A DNA stretch of 64,000 nucleotides from Flavobacteriales bacterium (GCA_046074525.1 JBJTOK010000038.1:128305-192304); one strand, 5' to 3'; counted from the stretch's first letter, positions 46,677 to 57,183 are shown. Program-made: numbers and translations. The notes: generated by a model from the letters alone, not told the origin.

Positions 46677-48080
46677 TTAAGTCACTATTCCTTTCGGAGC
46701 AGGCTTAGGCTGATCATTTACAGGTATTTTTGAATAGTTACTCAAGATGTACACCATAGACAGGTAGAAAGGCATCAATGGAATCTTATATCTTACCAAG
46801 GCCCCAAAATTAGCGGTTGTTAATCCCACCGAGAAAGCAAAAAACAGTGAGAAAATAAAGGAGAAAAACAGTAAAGGATTCCTCAGAAGGATCCCTTGCA
46901 GCCTATGTATCTTAATCCTGAATATCGCAATAGCTGTAAAAATTGCCACAATAAGTGATTCCAATGCCGACATAAGGATGAAAGGGTTATCGGCCTCCCA
47001 TAAAAACGGACGATAAAGTGTTGTAGCGATGGCTATAGGCGCTTTTGATAGTAAGCTAGGGAGTGTTGGTGCAAAGGGACCAATATCAAAACGGTGGCCA
47101 CCATAATATTCCTGCTTAAGGTCATTCTGAACTGTTACCGCCTCACTCATTACCTTATCAATGGAATATTGTCCGGTTGAACCTGAAAATGCATCGAGAC
47201 TGAAGAAAATTACGGCTACAGACATGGCCAAGAGGAAAGGAAAAATCAACGCTTTAAAAATAACAGACTTGATTTTAACCAGATAAAACGATAACAACCA
47301 GCAACCTATCCCAATGATGAAGGCATTAAAAATATAAGGTTTAATTGCCAAAATCAGATATCCGGAAAGGAAACTAATGATTGCAGAGGAAAAAAGTTTT
47401 CGTTTTTTCATGAAAGAGTGCACGCTTATCAATAGAAAACACATCCCCCCCAGTGTCAGCGGATCTTTCAAAATCCCCGAGCCCCAGAAAACAACAGAAG
47501 GGATATACAAGACAGTGTAGGACAACTGCTTTTTGAATACAGGGTAATATTCAATGAAAAGCTTATATACTTTCCATAATCCAAGGTAACAGAAAAAAGA
47601 AACCAGAATACTTGAAGCAAAGAAAGAACCTCCAGTAATTACAATAAGAACACTAGCGATCCTCACCAAAAACATCGCTCTCTCATCAGCCCTGAAAATA
47701 AAGAACGGGCTATCCAACTGACGTACGCGGAAGTAATTTTTCCACATCACATAGTCGCCATCTTCATTGTACATCCCATTAAAAAGGTAATCAAAATACA
47801 AAGCCGGATCTTTCCAGAAGGCTTTGCCCATTATTATAGAGTCATAATAATAACTGATAGTGTCTCCTCCCTGATAATAAAAGATGTACACGAGCGGAAG
47901 CACAATACCCGCAAAAATCTTCAATCTTAAGCCACCATAAAAAATCCCCTCTTCTATGGTATCTCCCTTGTTCACATATTTCTTGCTGACGAAATAGATA
48001 AAGAAAATACTCAATAGAGAAGCAAGCACCTCTACCGCGAGATTGATTTCAATATGTATTCCTGCATCGCCTATTAACAT
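46677..48080 (-). CDS. Polytopic membrane protein, possibly polysaccharide polymerase-like (Wzy/EpsG-type); function unknown
   Basis: More than 10 predicted TM helices, no catalytic motif recognised; genomic context with epimerase and GT4. Confidence 0.4.
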   Translation of the reverse strand: MLIGDAGIHIEINLAVEVLASLLSIFFIYFVSKKYVNKGDTIEEGIFYGGLRLKIFAGIVLPLVYIFYYQGGDTISYYYDSIIMGKAFWKDPALYFDYLFNGMYNEDGDYVMWKNYFRVRQLDSPFFIFRADERAMFLVRIASVLIVITGGSFFASSILVSFFCYLGLWKVYKLFIEYYPVFKKQLSYTVLYIPSVVFWGSGILKDPLTLGGMCFLLISVHSFMKKRKLFSSAIISFLSGYLILAIKPYIFNAFIIGIGCWLLSFYLVKIKSVIFKALIFPFLLAMSVAVIFFSLDAFSGSTGQYSIDKVMSEAVTVQNDLKQEYYGGHRFDIGPFAPTLPSLLSKAPIAIATTLYRPFLWEADNPFILMSALESLIVAIFTAIAIFRIKIHRLQGILLRNPLLFFSFIFSLFFAFSVGLTTANFGALVRYKIPLMPFYLSMVYILSNYSKIPVNDQPKPAPKGIVT

Positions 48081-48089
48081 ACTTCTTCC

Positions 48090-48560
48090 TTAATGATGGT
48101 ATTTCTCACGGGCCAAAATCGTAAAAACTCTGTATAACTGCTCCGCAAATAATAACCTTACCATTTGATGAGTGAACGTCATTTTTGAAATTGCAATCTT
48201 ATTTTTCACATAAATCTTCACTTCATCACTAAACCCGTAGGCACCACCAATCACAAAATAAACTTCCTTCACACCACTGAGGGTGAGCTTTTCAACAAAA
48301 GAGGCAAAATCAACCGAACTGTACTCCCTGCCTTTTTCATCGAGCAGAAATAAGCCAGCGGGATTTTTTCCAGCCAGATATTCCAGCAACAACTTCCCCT
48401 CCTGCTCCCTGATCACCGGAATGTCCTGAGATTTGGATTTTGAATTCAGCGTCACTATTTCCAGAGAACAGTAATGATTGACTCTTTTCACATAGTCGTC
48501 TATCATTTCCTGTAGCTCTCTTTTTTGCGTCTTCCCTATTTCAACAATCTTGATCTTCAT
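48090..48560 (-). CDS. rlmH: 23S rRNA (pseudouridine1915-N3)-methyltransferase
   Basis: SPOUT RlmH pattern, 156 aa (FVIGGAYGFS). Confidence 0.85.
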   Translation of the reverse strand: MKIKIVEIGKTQKRELQEMIDDYVKRVNHYCSLEIVTLNSKSKSQDIPVIREQEGKLLLEYLAGKNPAGLFLLDEKGREYSSVDFASFVEKLTLSGVKEVYFVIGGAYGFSDEVKIYVKNKIAISKMTFTHQMVRLLFAEQLYRVFTILAREKYHH

Positions 48561-48720
48561 TGCTCTGCCACTTCACCAAAAGTAAGTAAAAATGACCTTT
48601 TATCTTTCCTTTGGTGTTTTTTTGTAAAAAATCGCGTAGGTTTGGGTAATTTATTTTTTGGTTTAGTTTTTGTAACTTGAAATACCGATAGCTTTTACAA
48701 AGAAATTAAATTCATAAACA

Positions 48721-49104
48721 ATGAAAGGAATCATCAGCATCGTTTTAGCAAGTTTACTTCTAACCGCTCCGGGTATTCAGGACAACATCAACAATGCCAT
48801 AAAATCGGCTAACAGTCAGGTGTTGGCTCAATATTTCAACAACACAATCGACCTTTCAGTACTAAGTCAGGAAAACGTATACAGCAAGGCTCAGGCCGAA
48901 CAAATACTTAAAAATTTCTTTGCCAATCATAAACCTACCTCCTTCCGCATCGGACATGAAGGCAAAGCCAATGATGGCAGCATGTACTTTATTATCAAGC
49001 TGGGGACCAACAATGGAAATTACCGGATTTACTACCTGCTCAAGCAAACAGGAAACCAATTATTGATACACAAGTTCCGCATTGATACCGACAATGACGA
49101 ATAA
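48721..49104 (+). CDS. DUF4783-family secreted protein
   Basis: Signal peptide; sequence pattern and the typical position immediately upstream of nadC in Bacteroidota. Confidence 0.5.
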   Translation: MKGIISIVLASLLLTAPGIQDNINNAIKSANSQVLAQYFNNTIDLSVLSQENVYSKAQAEQILKNFFANHKPTSFRIGHEGKANDGSMYFIIKLGTNNGNYRIYYLLKQTGNQLLIHKFRIDTDNDE

Positions 49105-49951
49105 CCAGGAACACTTCGATCGTTTTATTAAGTCAGCTATTGCAGAAGACATTGCAAATGGAGATCACTCCTCGCTTTCTACCATTCCTGAATCCAGCTC
49201 CGTAAAAGCTCAAATCATTTCAAAAGATACAGGTGTCATAGCCGGGGTGAATCGCGCTATTGAAATCTTTCATTCTCTCGACAAAACCATTAATATAACT
49301 GCCTTTGTTAAGGATGGAGACAGCGTTGTTCCTAAACAAAAACTCCTCGCACTGGAAGGCAATGCCCGAAGTATACTCATGATGGAAAGAATTGCCTTGA
49401 ACTGCATGCAGCGGATGTCGGGAATTGCCACTTATACCAAATCCATTACCAGCAAGATCAGTCATACAAAATGTAAATTGCTCGACACCCGAAAAACTGC
49501 TCCCGGACTACGTTTCCTTGAAAAAGAAGCTGTTGTCATCGGTGGTGGGATGAATCACAGAATGGGCTTGTATGACATGATCATGATCAAGGACAATCAC
49601 ATTGATTTTTCGGGTGGCATTGAAAACGCTGTATTAAATGCCAATCAGTATATTAAAGACAAAGGACTCGATTTGAAAATAGAAATTGAAGTCCGCAATT
49701 TTGAAGAGCTTGATATCGTACTTAACATTGGAAAAGTACACAGAATCATGCTCGACAACTTCACTCCCGATAATCTAAAAAAAGCCGTACAGAAAATCAA
49801 TAAACGTTTTGAAACAGAAGCTTCAGGAGGAATTACCGAGAATAGCATTGTTGCCTATGCTGAAACCGGAGTCGACTACATTTCCGTTGGTGCGCTGACG
49901 CACAGCGTGAAAAATTTCGACATCAGTTTAATTGCCCAGAAAAATGACTAA
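49094..49951 (+). CDS. nadC: Nicotinate-nucleotide pyrophosphorylase (carboxylating) / quinolinate phosphoribosyltransferase
   Basis: QPRTase TIM-barrel motifs (LLDTRKTAPGLR; IMLDNF); ATG 49094 (track TTG 49082). Confidence 0.88.
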   Translation: MTNNQEHFDRFIKSAIAEDIANGDHSSLSTIPESSSVKAQIISKDTGVIAGVNRAIEIFHSLDKTINITAFVKDGDSVVPKQKLLALEGNARSILMMERIALNCMQRMSGIATYTKSITSKISHTKCKLLDTRKTAPGLRFLEKEAVVIGGGMNHRMGLYDMIMIKDNHIDFSGGIENAVLNANQYIKDKGLDLKIEIEVRNFEELDIVLNIGKVHRIMLDNFTPDNLKKAVQKINKRFETEASGGITENSIVAYAETGVDYISVGALTHSVKNFDISLIAQKND

Positions 49952-50879
49952 GCAGAAAATAAAAGATTTCTTATTAAAGATTACACTGATAAAGAAACTA
50001 CACTCTTTCACCAGCAAGCATAGCTTTCTAGGCTTCCAGGGAGTTCCTATTTATGAGGTGGTAAGGCATCTTTATGAAGGAATAAAAAAAGGGACTTTCA
50101 CCACCCGCGCTTCTTCTTTAGCATTCAAGTTTTTTTTCGCCATTTTTCCTGGAATTATCTTTCTTTTCACCTTAATTCCACTTATTCCTGTGGATGGCTT
50201 TCAGGAAACACTGATTGAAATGATTAAAGATTACCTTCCTAAGGGTTTGAATGAGATTGCAATTACTACCATCGAAGACTTGATCAGCACTCCGCGCGGA
50301 GGTTTGCTTTCTTTCAACTTCCTGCTCATGCTCTACCTTACCACCAATGGCGTACACTCGCTGATGAATGAGTTTAATAACAGCTATCATGTATATGAAA
50401 CCAGAAATCCTTTTAAACAAAGATTAGTTTCCTTTATCCTGGCAATGGTACTTACCTCCCTCCTGGTATTGAGTGTGGCTTTGATTATTGCAACGCACCT
50501 TTTAGTAGATGCCATGGAACAAAATACCGGAATTACTGATAGCTTAAGTGGTTTCCTGTTGCACTCCGCAAAATGGGTGGTGGTTTTTGCTTTATACTAC
50601 TTCGCTATTGCGCTGTTGTATTATTTCGGTCCGGCCAAAAGCAAATTCTTCAAATTCTTTTCTCCGGGCTCTTTCGTAACTACTGTGCTGCTCTTAATTA
50701 CCTTGTATGGTTTTTCCATGTATATACAATACTTCAGTACCTACAACAAGATTTACGGTTCCATCGGAACGGTGATGCTGGTGATGTTGTGGTTTTTCCT
50801 CAACTCATACATCCTGCTGCTGGGCTTTGATATCAATGCCAGCATCGCTACAGCGAAGAAAAAAAGTATTCTAGTTTAA
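49944..50879 (+). CDS. YihY/BrkB-family membrane protein
   Basis: YihY pattern (SLAFKFFFAIFPGII...), 6 TM; ATG 49944 overlaps nadC end by 8 nt (track TTG 49932). Confidence 0.72.
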   Translation: MTKQKIKDFLLKITLIKKLHSFTSKHSFLGFQGVPIYEVVRHLYEGIKKGTFTTRASSLAFKFFFAIFPGIIFLFTLIPLIPVDGFQETLIEMIKDYLPKGLNEIAITTIEDLISTPRGGLLSFNFLLMLYLTTNGVHSLMNEFNNSYHVYETRNPFKQRLVSFILAMVLTSLLVLSVALIIATHLLVDAMEQNTGITDSLSGFLLHSAKWVVVFALYYFAIALLYYFGPAKSKFFKFFSPGSFVTTVLLLITLYGFSMYIQYFSTYNKIYGSIGTVMLVMLWFFLNSYILLLGFDINASIATAKKKSILV

Positions 50880-51965
50880 GAATTTGTGAATAGCCTCCAC
50901 GATTCTTTCTGTTGACTGACCATCCCATTTCTCAGGAATTGCGCCCTTCTTGTATTGACCCGAAAGAATGCTTGATACATAATTTAGAATCACCTGTTCA
51001 TCCAGCTCCAATAAAGTATTAGTTCCCACTCCCACAGTAATCGGTCGCTCTGTATTCGGCCTAACAGTAAGACAAGGTACTCCAAGGAAAGTAGTTTCCT
51101 CCTGAATACCCCCTGAATCCGTCACAACCCCTTTGGCATGGGTAATCAGATTCATAAAATCGAAATACCCCTGCGGCTCACACAACTCGATATTGGAGGA
51201 TGAGAGCAAATCTTTAAATCCGTAATTCTCCGCGTTTTTAATAGTCCGCGGATGAATCGGAAAAATGATCTTTATGTCTTTTGAAATCTTGCTGATGAGC
51301 TGAAAAATGAGTTTCAAATTGTGCTCATTGTCCACATTTGCCGGACGGTGAAAAGTCATCACCAGGTATTTTCCTTTCTCCAGATTATGCTTTTGCAACA
51401 CAGTGCTCTTCTCTATTTTCCCTTTGAATTTAATCAGGGAATCAATCATGGTATTACCGGTGAAGATAATGTTTTCAGACTTCTTTCCTTCCTTAAGCAA
51501 ATTTTCATTGCCCGACTTTTCTGTAGTGAAAAACAAAGCTGCCAGGTCATCCACCACAATACGGTTGATTTCTTCAGGCATCGTTTTATCGAAACTTCTC
51601 AGTCCGCTTTCAATATGAGCCACCGGGATATTGTAGCGTGAAGCCACAAAAGCACAGGCAAAAGTAGAATCCACATCACCCGGCACTACTACTAAATCCG
51701 GTCTGTCATTTTTAATTTCTTTTTCAAACTGAAGCATGATGTCCGCAATAGGTGTCATCACGCTATCTCTTTTCAACTCAAACAATACATCTGGGGTGGG
51801 TATCTCTAATTCTTCAAAAAACACTTTGCTCATCTTGTAATCAAAGTGCTGACCTGTATGCAATAACTTAAACTGCAAATCGGGATACTTTGAAAAACAT
51901 TCTTTAAGACGCGTGATTTTAATGAGATTCGGGCGGGTACCAACACATACCAATACTTTCTTCAT
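50871..51965 (-). CDS. wecB: UDP-N-acetylglucosamine 2-epimerase (non-hydrolysing)
   Basis: N-terminus MKKVLVCVGTRPNLIK (from ATG 51965; track TTG 51992), full-length WecB/MnaA homology. Confidence 0.85.
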   Translation of the reverse strand: MKKVLVCVGTRPNLIKITRLKECFSKYPDLQFKLLHTGQHFDYKMSKVFFEELEIPTPDVLFELKRDSVMTPIADIMLQFEKEIKNDRPDLVVVPGDVDSTFACAFVASRYNIPVAHIESGLRSFDKTMPEEINRIVVDDLAALFFTTEKSGNENLLKEGKKSENIIFTGNTMIDSLIKFKGKIEKSTVLQKHNLEKGKYLVMTFHRPANVDNEHNLKLIFQLISKISKDIKIIFPIHPRTIKNAENYGFKDLLSSSNIELCEPQGYFDFMNLITHAKGVVTDSGGIQEETTFLGVPCLTVRPNTERPITVGVGTNTLLELDEQVILNYVSSILSGQYKKGAIPEKWDGQSTERIVEAIHKFLN

Positions 51966-52078
51966 TTTGAGCTGTTTCGGATTAATTCCCAAATCTAAAT
52001 AATTATGGCGGCTTTTTTAAAAATTCATTCTTGTCTTTTTTATTAAGATTGTATATTTGAAACGAATCATTTTTACCT

Positions 52079-55000
52079 ATGCGTTTTTTATACTTTATCA
52101 TAGCCCTCATTATCCCTGCAACCGGGATTTCCCAAATTTACGATCCTCTGCATCCGCCCAATTCATACAGGAATGCAACCAATCCCGAATACTGGAAAAA
52201 TCGAAAACCTTACGAAGGCTATTGGCAGCAAGATGTGCACTACACCATCCAGGCTAAACTCGATGAAAGAACCCACATCATTAGCGGGAAGGAATTTCTT
52301 ACTTATTGGAACAACTCTCCCGATTCCCTGAACTTTGTTTACTTCCACCTTTACCAAAATGCATTTCAGCCTGGCTCCTACTATGATAATCTGCTGAAGG
52401 AAAACGGATATCCTACACGTTACGGACAATACGAAGCCAGCAAAAAAGGTACTGAGATCGTTAGTATTAAAATCAATGGAGAGCTTGTAAAAACCGAACT
52501 CGACAATACCATTCTCAAAGTCTTTCTTCCAGAAGCCATCAAAGCTGGTGGCAAAGCGGCTTTTGAAATTGAATTCAAGACTTATTTCGACTCTGGCTCT
52601 TCACGCCGCAGAATGAAATTGTTCAAGGTAGCCCACGGCTACAAACACTTTGATGGAGTACACTGGTATCCGCGTATTAGCGTTTACGACCGTAAGTTTG
52701 GCTGGGACACCGACCAGCATCTGGATAAAGAATTTTATGGCGATTTCGGCACCTACGATGTGGAACTTACCATGGCCTCTAACTACGTTGTTGAAGCGAC
52801 TGGCTTCCTCCAAAACCGAAATGAGGTTTTGCCTGAAGATCTGCGCAAAAAGCTCGACTTGAAAAACTTTGTCAACCGCAAATCAACCGACACCATTACA
52901 ATCATTACGCCTTACAATCCTAAAGAAACCAAAACGTGGATTTATCACGCCGAAAACGTACACGACTTTGCTTTTACCGCTGATCCTACTTACCGTATCG
53001 ACGAGAAGTACTGGGGCGATATCCAGTGCGTGGCTATGGTGCGTGAGCAAAATGCAGCAAAGTGGATCAACGCCGCCGATTACGCTTCAAAAGTCATTAA
53101 AGTGTATTCGGAGAATTTCGGACAATACATTTATCCTAAAATGGTGGTGGCCGACGCTGAAGATGGAATGGAATATCCGATGCTGACCCTCGATGCCGGT
53201 CAGGATCCCAACTACCGCAGTCTGCTCGCCCACGAAATCGGCCACAACTGGTTCTTCGGAATGGTCGGCAGCAACGAAACTTACCGCGCTGCTCTTGATG
53301 AAGGGTTCACACAATTTCTGGATTCATGGGCTTATAAAATAATTGATGGCGACACTGTTTATCACCTTCCTTCTTCATCGGCCTACCACAGAAAATTCCG
53401 CAAGGAAACTCTGGTAAGGAATTCAAGGGTTTTCGACAATTACATTTATACTGCTGCGCAACGCGACGACAGAACATTGAATACACACTCCAGCGACTTC
53501 GACGGCGGATCTATCCGTCACGATGGTGGTTACGGACAGGTGTACTACAAAACTTCCACTATGCTATATAACCTGCAGTATGTGTTGGGCGACTCGCTTT
53601 TCCAGGCTGCCATGAAACATTATTTCAACCAGTGGAAAACCTGCCATCCTTACTTTGAAGACTTCAGGAATTCTATCATCAGCTATGCTCACGTTGATTT
53701 GAACTGGTTTTTTGATCAATGGCTCGAAACCACTAAAGTGGTAGACTATTCGCTTAGCTGTATTAAAAAAGGAAAGGAAAAGGATCAATATATCCTCACC
53801 TTTAAAAGAAAGGGCGAAATGCAGATGCCTATCGACTTCCAGGTGATAAGTAACAGCGACAGTGTAGCCAATTACCATATTCCAAATACCTGGTTCGTAA
53901 AAAAGACTTCGGCTACTGTTCTGCCTAAATGGTACGGTTGGGGAAATTTGCAACCCGAGTATGAAGCTATCATCACTGTTCCCGGCGGGATTTATAATGT
54001 AGTTATTGATCCCTCCAACCGACTGGCGGATGTGAACATGCTCAACAATTCAAAGAAACTTCCTTATATAGTTGATTTTGATGCGCGACTCAATAATCCA
54101 CTCAACCGCAGTCAGTACGAACTCAACTGGAGACCTGATTTGTGGTACAACAGGTACGATGGTGTAAAAGCCGGATTGCATCTCAATGGAAATTACCTGA
54201 GAAACTTCCATGTTTTTGATCTTACTTTCTGGTTCAACACCGGAATGGGGCAAGCTGATTTCCCTTCTTCTGTATACATCAATAAATACAATGCTTTCTC
54301 TTACCGCATCAATTACAGCACCTTACTTCCTTGCCTGAGCAAAAACACAAAGATTGATGCGCATTCCAGCTTTTTGGATGGTTTGCAGCATTATGAACTC
54401 GGAATGTCGAAATTCTCAAAAAGCAGGAATGATAAAGTGCGACTTTCCCTCAAAGCCTTGTACAGACAGAATGAGCATGATTTGAATTATCTTCTCCTTC
54501 CAAATGAATGGCTGGCCAATAAATGGAACAACACATTAAATCTTGATTACACTCACATATACCACTATCCTTCGGGACAGGGAGAAATCAAGATTGGTCT
54601 GCGCACTTCCGTTCTAGGCAGTAATTACGACTACTCCACTTTGCGCATTTCTGCGGTGAATCATTCCCGCATCGACAAGATGGTTTTCAGTACACGTTTC
54701 TTTGCTCAGGTAGGTACAGGAGCTAATGTTGCGCTCGAATCATCCTTGTTTGCTGCTGGTGCTAATCCGGAAGAAATGATGGACAATAAATACACGCGAT
54801 CGGCTGGCGTTTTTTCGGCTGCTGATGCTGCTTTCAGCGAAAATACAGGAGTTTTCCATGCCGGTGGCGGATTAAACCTCCGTGGCTATAGCGGTTACCT
54901 GATGGCAGAATCTTCTTCCACGGATCCATACATCCCCGGATACAAAGGTATTTCAGGAACATCGTTCAGCGCCGAATTGGAGTTCAGCGACTATTTCCGC

Positions 55001-55285
55001 TGGTTCCCAGCACGTGTGCGACAGTACATTGAATTTGATACTTACCTGTTCTCCGATGCAGGATTACTGGTTGTTCCGACAGGAAGCATACAAAACCAAT
55101 GGGGTACTTTCTCTGTTGATGCCGGAGCAGGAACGACATTCAAAATCAAGAAATTCGGAAGATTGGAAGCTGTGAAGCCTTTAGTGGTTCGCTTCGACTT
55201 CCCGCTGTTCCTCAGCAGAACACCGTATGCGTCTCCTGATAATTTGCAGTTCAGATGGATCGTGGGTGTTAACAGAGCGTTTTAG
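52079..55285 (+). CDS. Fusion protein: secreted M1-type gluzincin metallopeptidase domain plus C-terminal Omp85-like outer-membrane beta-barrel
   Basis: Signal peptide MRFLYFIIALIIPATGISQ. Zinc site LAHEIGHNWFFG...(18 aa)...E (HExxH-X18-E), exopeptidase-like GMEYP upstream. C-terminal about 400 aa shows amphipathic beta-strand periodicity, an Omp85 loop-6-like motif (LNLRGYSGY) and an aromatic C-terminus (...RWIVGVNRAF). Confidence 0.75.
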   Translation: MRFLYFIIALIIPATGISQIYDPLHPPNSYRNATNPEYWKNRKPYEGYWQQDVHYTIQAKLDERTHIISGKEFLTYWNNSPDSLNFVYFHLYQNAFQPGSYYDNLLKENGYPTRYGQYEASKKGTEIVSIKINGELVKTELDNTILKVFLPEAIKAGGKAAFEIEFKTYFDSGSSRRRMKLFKVAHGYKHFDGVHWYPRISVYDRKFGWDTDQHLDKEFYGDFGTYDVELTMASNYVVEATGFLQNRNEVLPEDLRKKLDLKNFVNRKSTDTITIITPYNPKETKTWIYHAENVHDFAFTADPTYRIDEKYWGDIQCVAMVREQNAAKWINAADYASKVIKVYSENFGQYIYPKMVVADAEDGMEYPMLTLDAGQDPNYRSLLAHEIGHNWFFGMVGSNETYRAALDEGFTQFLDSWAYKIIDGDTVYHLPSSSAYHRKFRKETLVRNSRVFDNYIYTAAQRDDRTLNTHSSDFDGGSIRHDGGYGQVYYKTSTMLYNLQYVLGDSLFQAAMKHYFNQWKTCHPYFEDFRNSIISYAHVDLNWFFDQWLETTKVVDYSLSCIKKGKEKDQYILTFKRKGEMQMPIDFQVISNSDSVANYHIPNTWFVKKTSATVLPKWYGWGNLQPEYEAIITVPGGIYNVVIDPSNRLADVNMLNNSKKLPYIVDFDARLNNPLNRSQYELNWRPDLWYNRYDGVKAGLHLNGNYLRNFHVFDLTFWFNTGMGQADFPSSVYINKYNAFSYRINYSTLLPCLSKNTKIDAHSSFLDGLQHYELGMSKFSKSRNDKVRLSLKALYRQNEHDLNYLLLPNEWLANKWNNTLNLDYTHIYHYPSGQGEIKIGLRTSVLGSNYDYSTLRISAVNHSRIDKMVFSTRFFAQVGTGANVALESSLFAAGANPEEMMDNKYTRSAGVFSAADAAFSENTGVFHAGGGLNLRGYSGYLMAESSSTDPYIPGYKGISGTSFSAELEFSDYFRWFPARVRQYIEFDTYLFSDAGLLVVPTGSIQNQWGTFSVDAGAGTTFKIKKFGRLEAVKPLVVRFDFPLFLSRTPYASPDNLQFRWIVGVNRAF

Positions 55286-55298
55286 AGAAGAGAGGGGA

Positions 55299-56129
55299 TT
55301 ACACCAATCTTATTCCATCCTCTTCAAGAAGAATCAGGCGTTTTTTATAAAGAACGCCCACTGCCTTCTTGAAAGTTTTTTTGCTTTCCCCAAAGATCTG
55401 GTAAATGATTTCGGGAGAAGATTTATCGGTGACGCGGAGCAAACCTCCATTTTCTTTAATCTTATCAAGGATACGATCTTCCAGCGATTCCACCTTGGCA
55501 AAACCAGTTTTACTTAAAGAAATATCCAGCTTTTCATCTTGGCGTATTTTTTTGAGATACCCCTTCAGCTTATCGCCGGCTTTGAGCGGGCGGAAAACTT
55601 CGTTTTCATAAACCACTCCCCAAAATTTACTGTTCACAATCACCTTGAAACCGAGATCGGTTTTGTTCACCACCAGCAGATCCACTTCCTCCCCTTCTTC
55701 AATATCAAGCGCATAGTTATCAAGATACTTATCGAGTTTGGCTGTAGCGGCAATTCTTCCGCTTTGCTCATCAAAATAGATGAACACCACATACCAACGC
55801 CCCACTTCCATATCCATCTTTTGTTCGCGGAAAGGAACCAGAATATCCTTCATCAATCCCCAATCCATGAAAGCGCCAATCTGATTAACAGCGGCAACCT
55901 TTAAACAGGCAAACTCCCCCACTTGTCCACGTGGCGTTTCTGTAGTCGCAATGAGCCGGTCGCTGGAATCCAGGTAAAGAAACACCATTACTTCATCGCC
56001 AGGTTTCGTCCCTTTTGGCACATATCTTTTTGGCATCAGTATTTCACCATGCTCCTCGCCATCGAGATAAACCCCGAATTCAACCAACTTCACCACCTTC
56101 ATGGTATTGTACTTTCCTATTGAGATCAT
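55299..56129 (-). CDS. CvfB/YitL-family S1-like RNA-binding protein
   Basis: Tandem S1-like domains and C-terminal winged helix pattern typical of CvfB family. Confidence 0.7.
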   Translation of the reverse strand: MISIGKYNTMKVVKLVEFGVYLDGEEHGEILMPKRYVPKGTKPGDEVMVFLYLDSSDRLIATTETPRGQVGEFACLKVAAVNQIGAFMDWGLMKDILVPFREQKMDMEVGRWYVVFIYFDEQSGRIAATAKLDKYLDNYALDIEEGEEVDLLVVNKTDLGFKVIVNSKFWGVVYENEVFRPLKAGDKLKGYLKKIRQDEKLDISLSKTGFAKVESLEDRILDKIKENGGLLRVTDKSSPEIIYQIFGESKKTFKKAVGVLYKKRLILLEEDGIRLV

Positions 56130-56133
56130 AATT

Positions 56134-57183
56134 TTAATTTAATCCGGTTAAAAACTTCATGGTATCTACTCCATCTGCATAATCGCAAAGGCCTGGCGAC
56201 TGAGCTGCTCCGAAAGGCAATCCTCCTTTACAAGCACCTACCACACATTGTATTTTTTCATTGTATTTTGTAAAAAAAGGTTCCAGCTCAGCAGGGTCTG
56301 AATAAAACTCGTAATTCAATACAGATACGGCTGTAAAAGGGCTTTCCGCTTCTTTCAAGAATATAAATCCGCCATCAATGAAAGGATCCTTATTCAGCAA
56401 CATCACTGCTTTTTGATATTCCAGGTTATTCTGGTATTTGTTGTTTTCAAGATAAGGAAGAATGCTCTTGAATGCTTCCATCAAAGTAGAGAAGGTGTAA
56501 TTATGCGGTACAAAAATCTTGGCTACGTTGCGGCAGCCTAATCCGTAATACTGGAATACATCTTTCGCCAGCAATTGTAAATCACTTAGAGATTCCCTGC
56601 CATTCAACACCGCTACCGAAATACGGTTTTTGCGGATGATGTGCGGATATTTCCCGAAATAATACTCGAAGTAGCGCGATGAATTGTCGCTGCCTGTTGC
56701 AATTACAGCATCAAAGCCCTTGGCAGGTCTTTCCACAAATTCTACTTCTTCCTTAAAGCGGGGTTCGGTTTCATATAGCATTTCCATCAAAGCGGGCAAG
56801 AGTTTATGGTCGTCAGAAGACAACTTCACTATCGCCCTGTTCCCGGAAACCAAAACGCATAACAAATCATGAAAGCCTACCATCGGAATATTTCCTGCCA
56901 TCACGATCAATACATTTTTTTTGTTTTTCAGTGCAGCAATGTCTTTGCTGTAGGAAGACACCCAGCAGGTTAGATTTTCAACTTTCAGAAAAGCCTGTAT
57001 CCCTTCACAAGCATTGATAACAGAGGCTTCTGAAAACCAGCCGTTATAACTTTTGACAAGGGGGATGATTGCATGGAATTTCTCTTCGGCGGCACTTAAA
57101 ATAGTTCCTTCCTTGTAGGTAATAATTTTACCCAGCGCTTCTCCCAGCTTCACCAGTGCAGATATTCTATGGTCTAAATTCAT
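56134..57183 (-). CDS. Acyl-CoA reductase (LuxC family)
   Basis: LuxC-family pattern, about 350 aa; common Bacteroidota orthologue group. Confidence 0.7.
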   Translation of the reverse strand: MNLDHRISALVKLGEALGKIITYKEGTILSAAEEKFHAIIPLVKSYNGWFSEASVINACEGIQAFLKVENLTCWVSSYSKDIAALKNKKNVLIVMAGNIPMVGFHDLLCVLVSGNRAIVKLSSDDHKLLPALMEMLYETEPRFKEEVEFVERPAKGFDAVIATGSDNSSRYFEYYFGKYPHIIRKNRISVAVLNGRESLSDLQLLAKDVFQYYGLGCRNVAKIFVPHNYTFSTLMEAFKSILPYLENNKYQNNLEYQKAVMLLNKDPFIDGGFIFLKEAESPFTAVSVLNYEFYSDPAELEPFFTKYNEKIQCVVGACKGGLPFGAAQSPGLCDYADGVDTMKFLTGLN

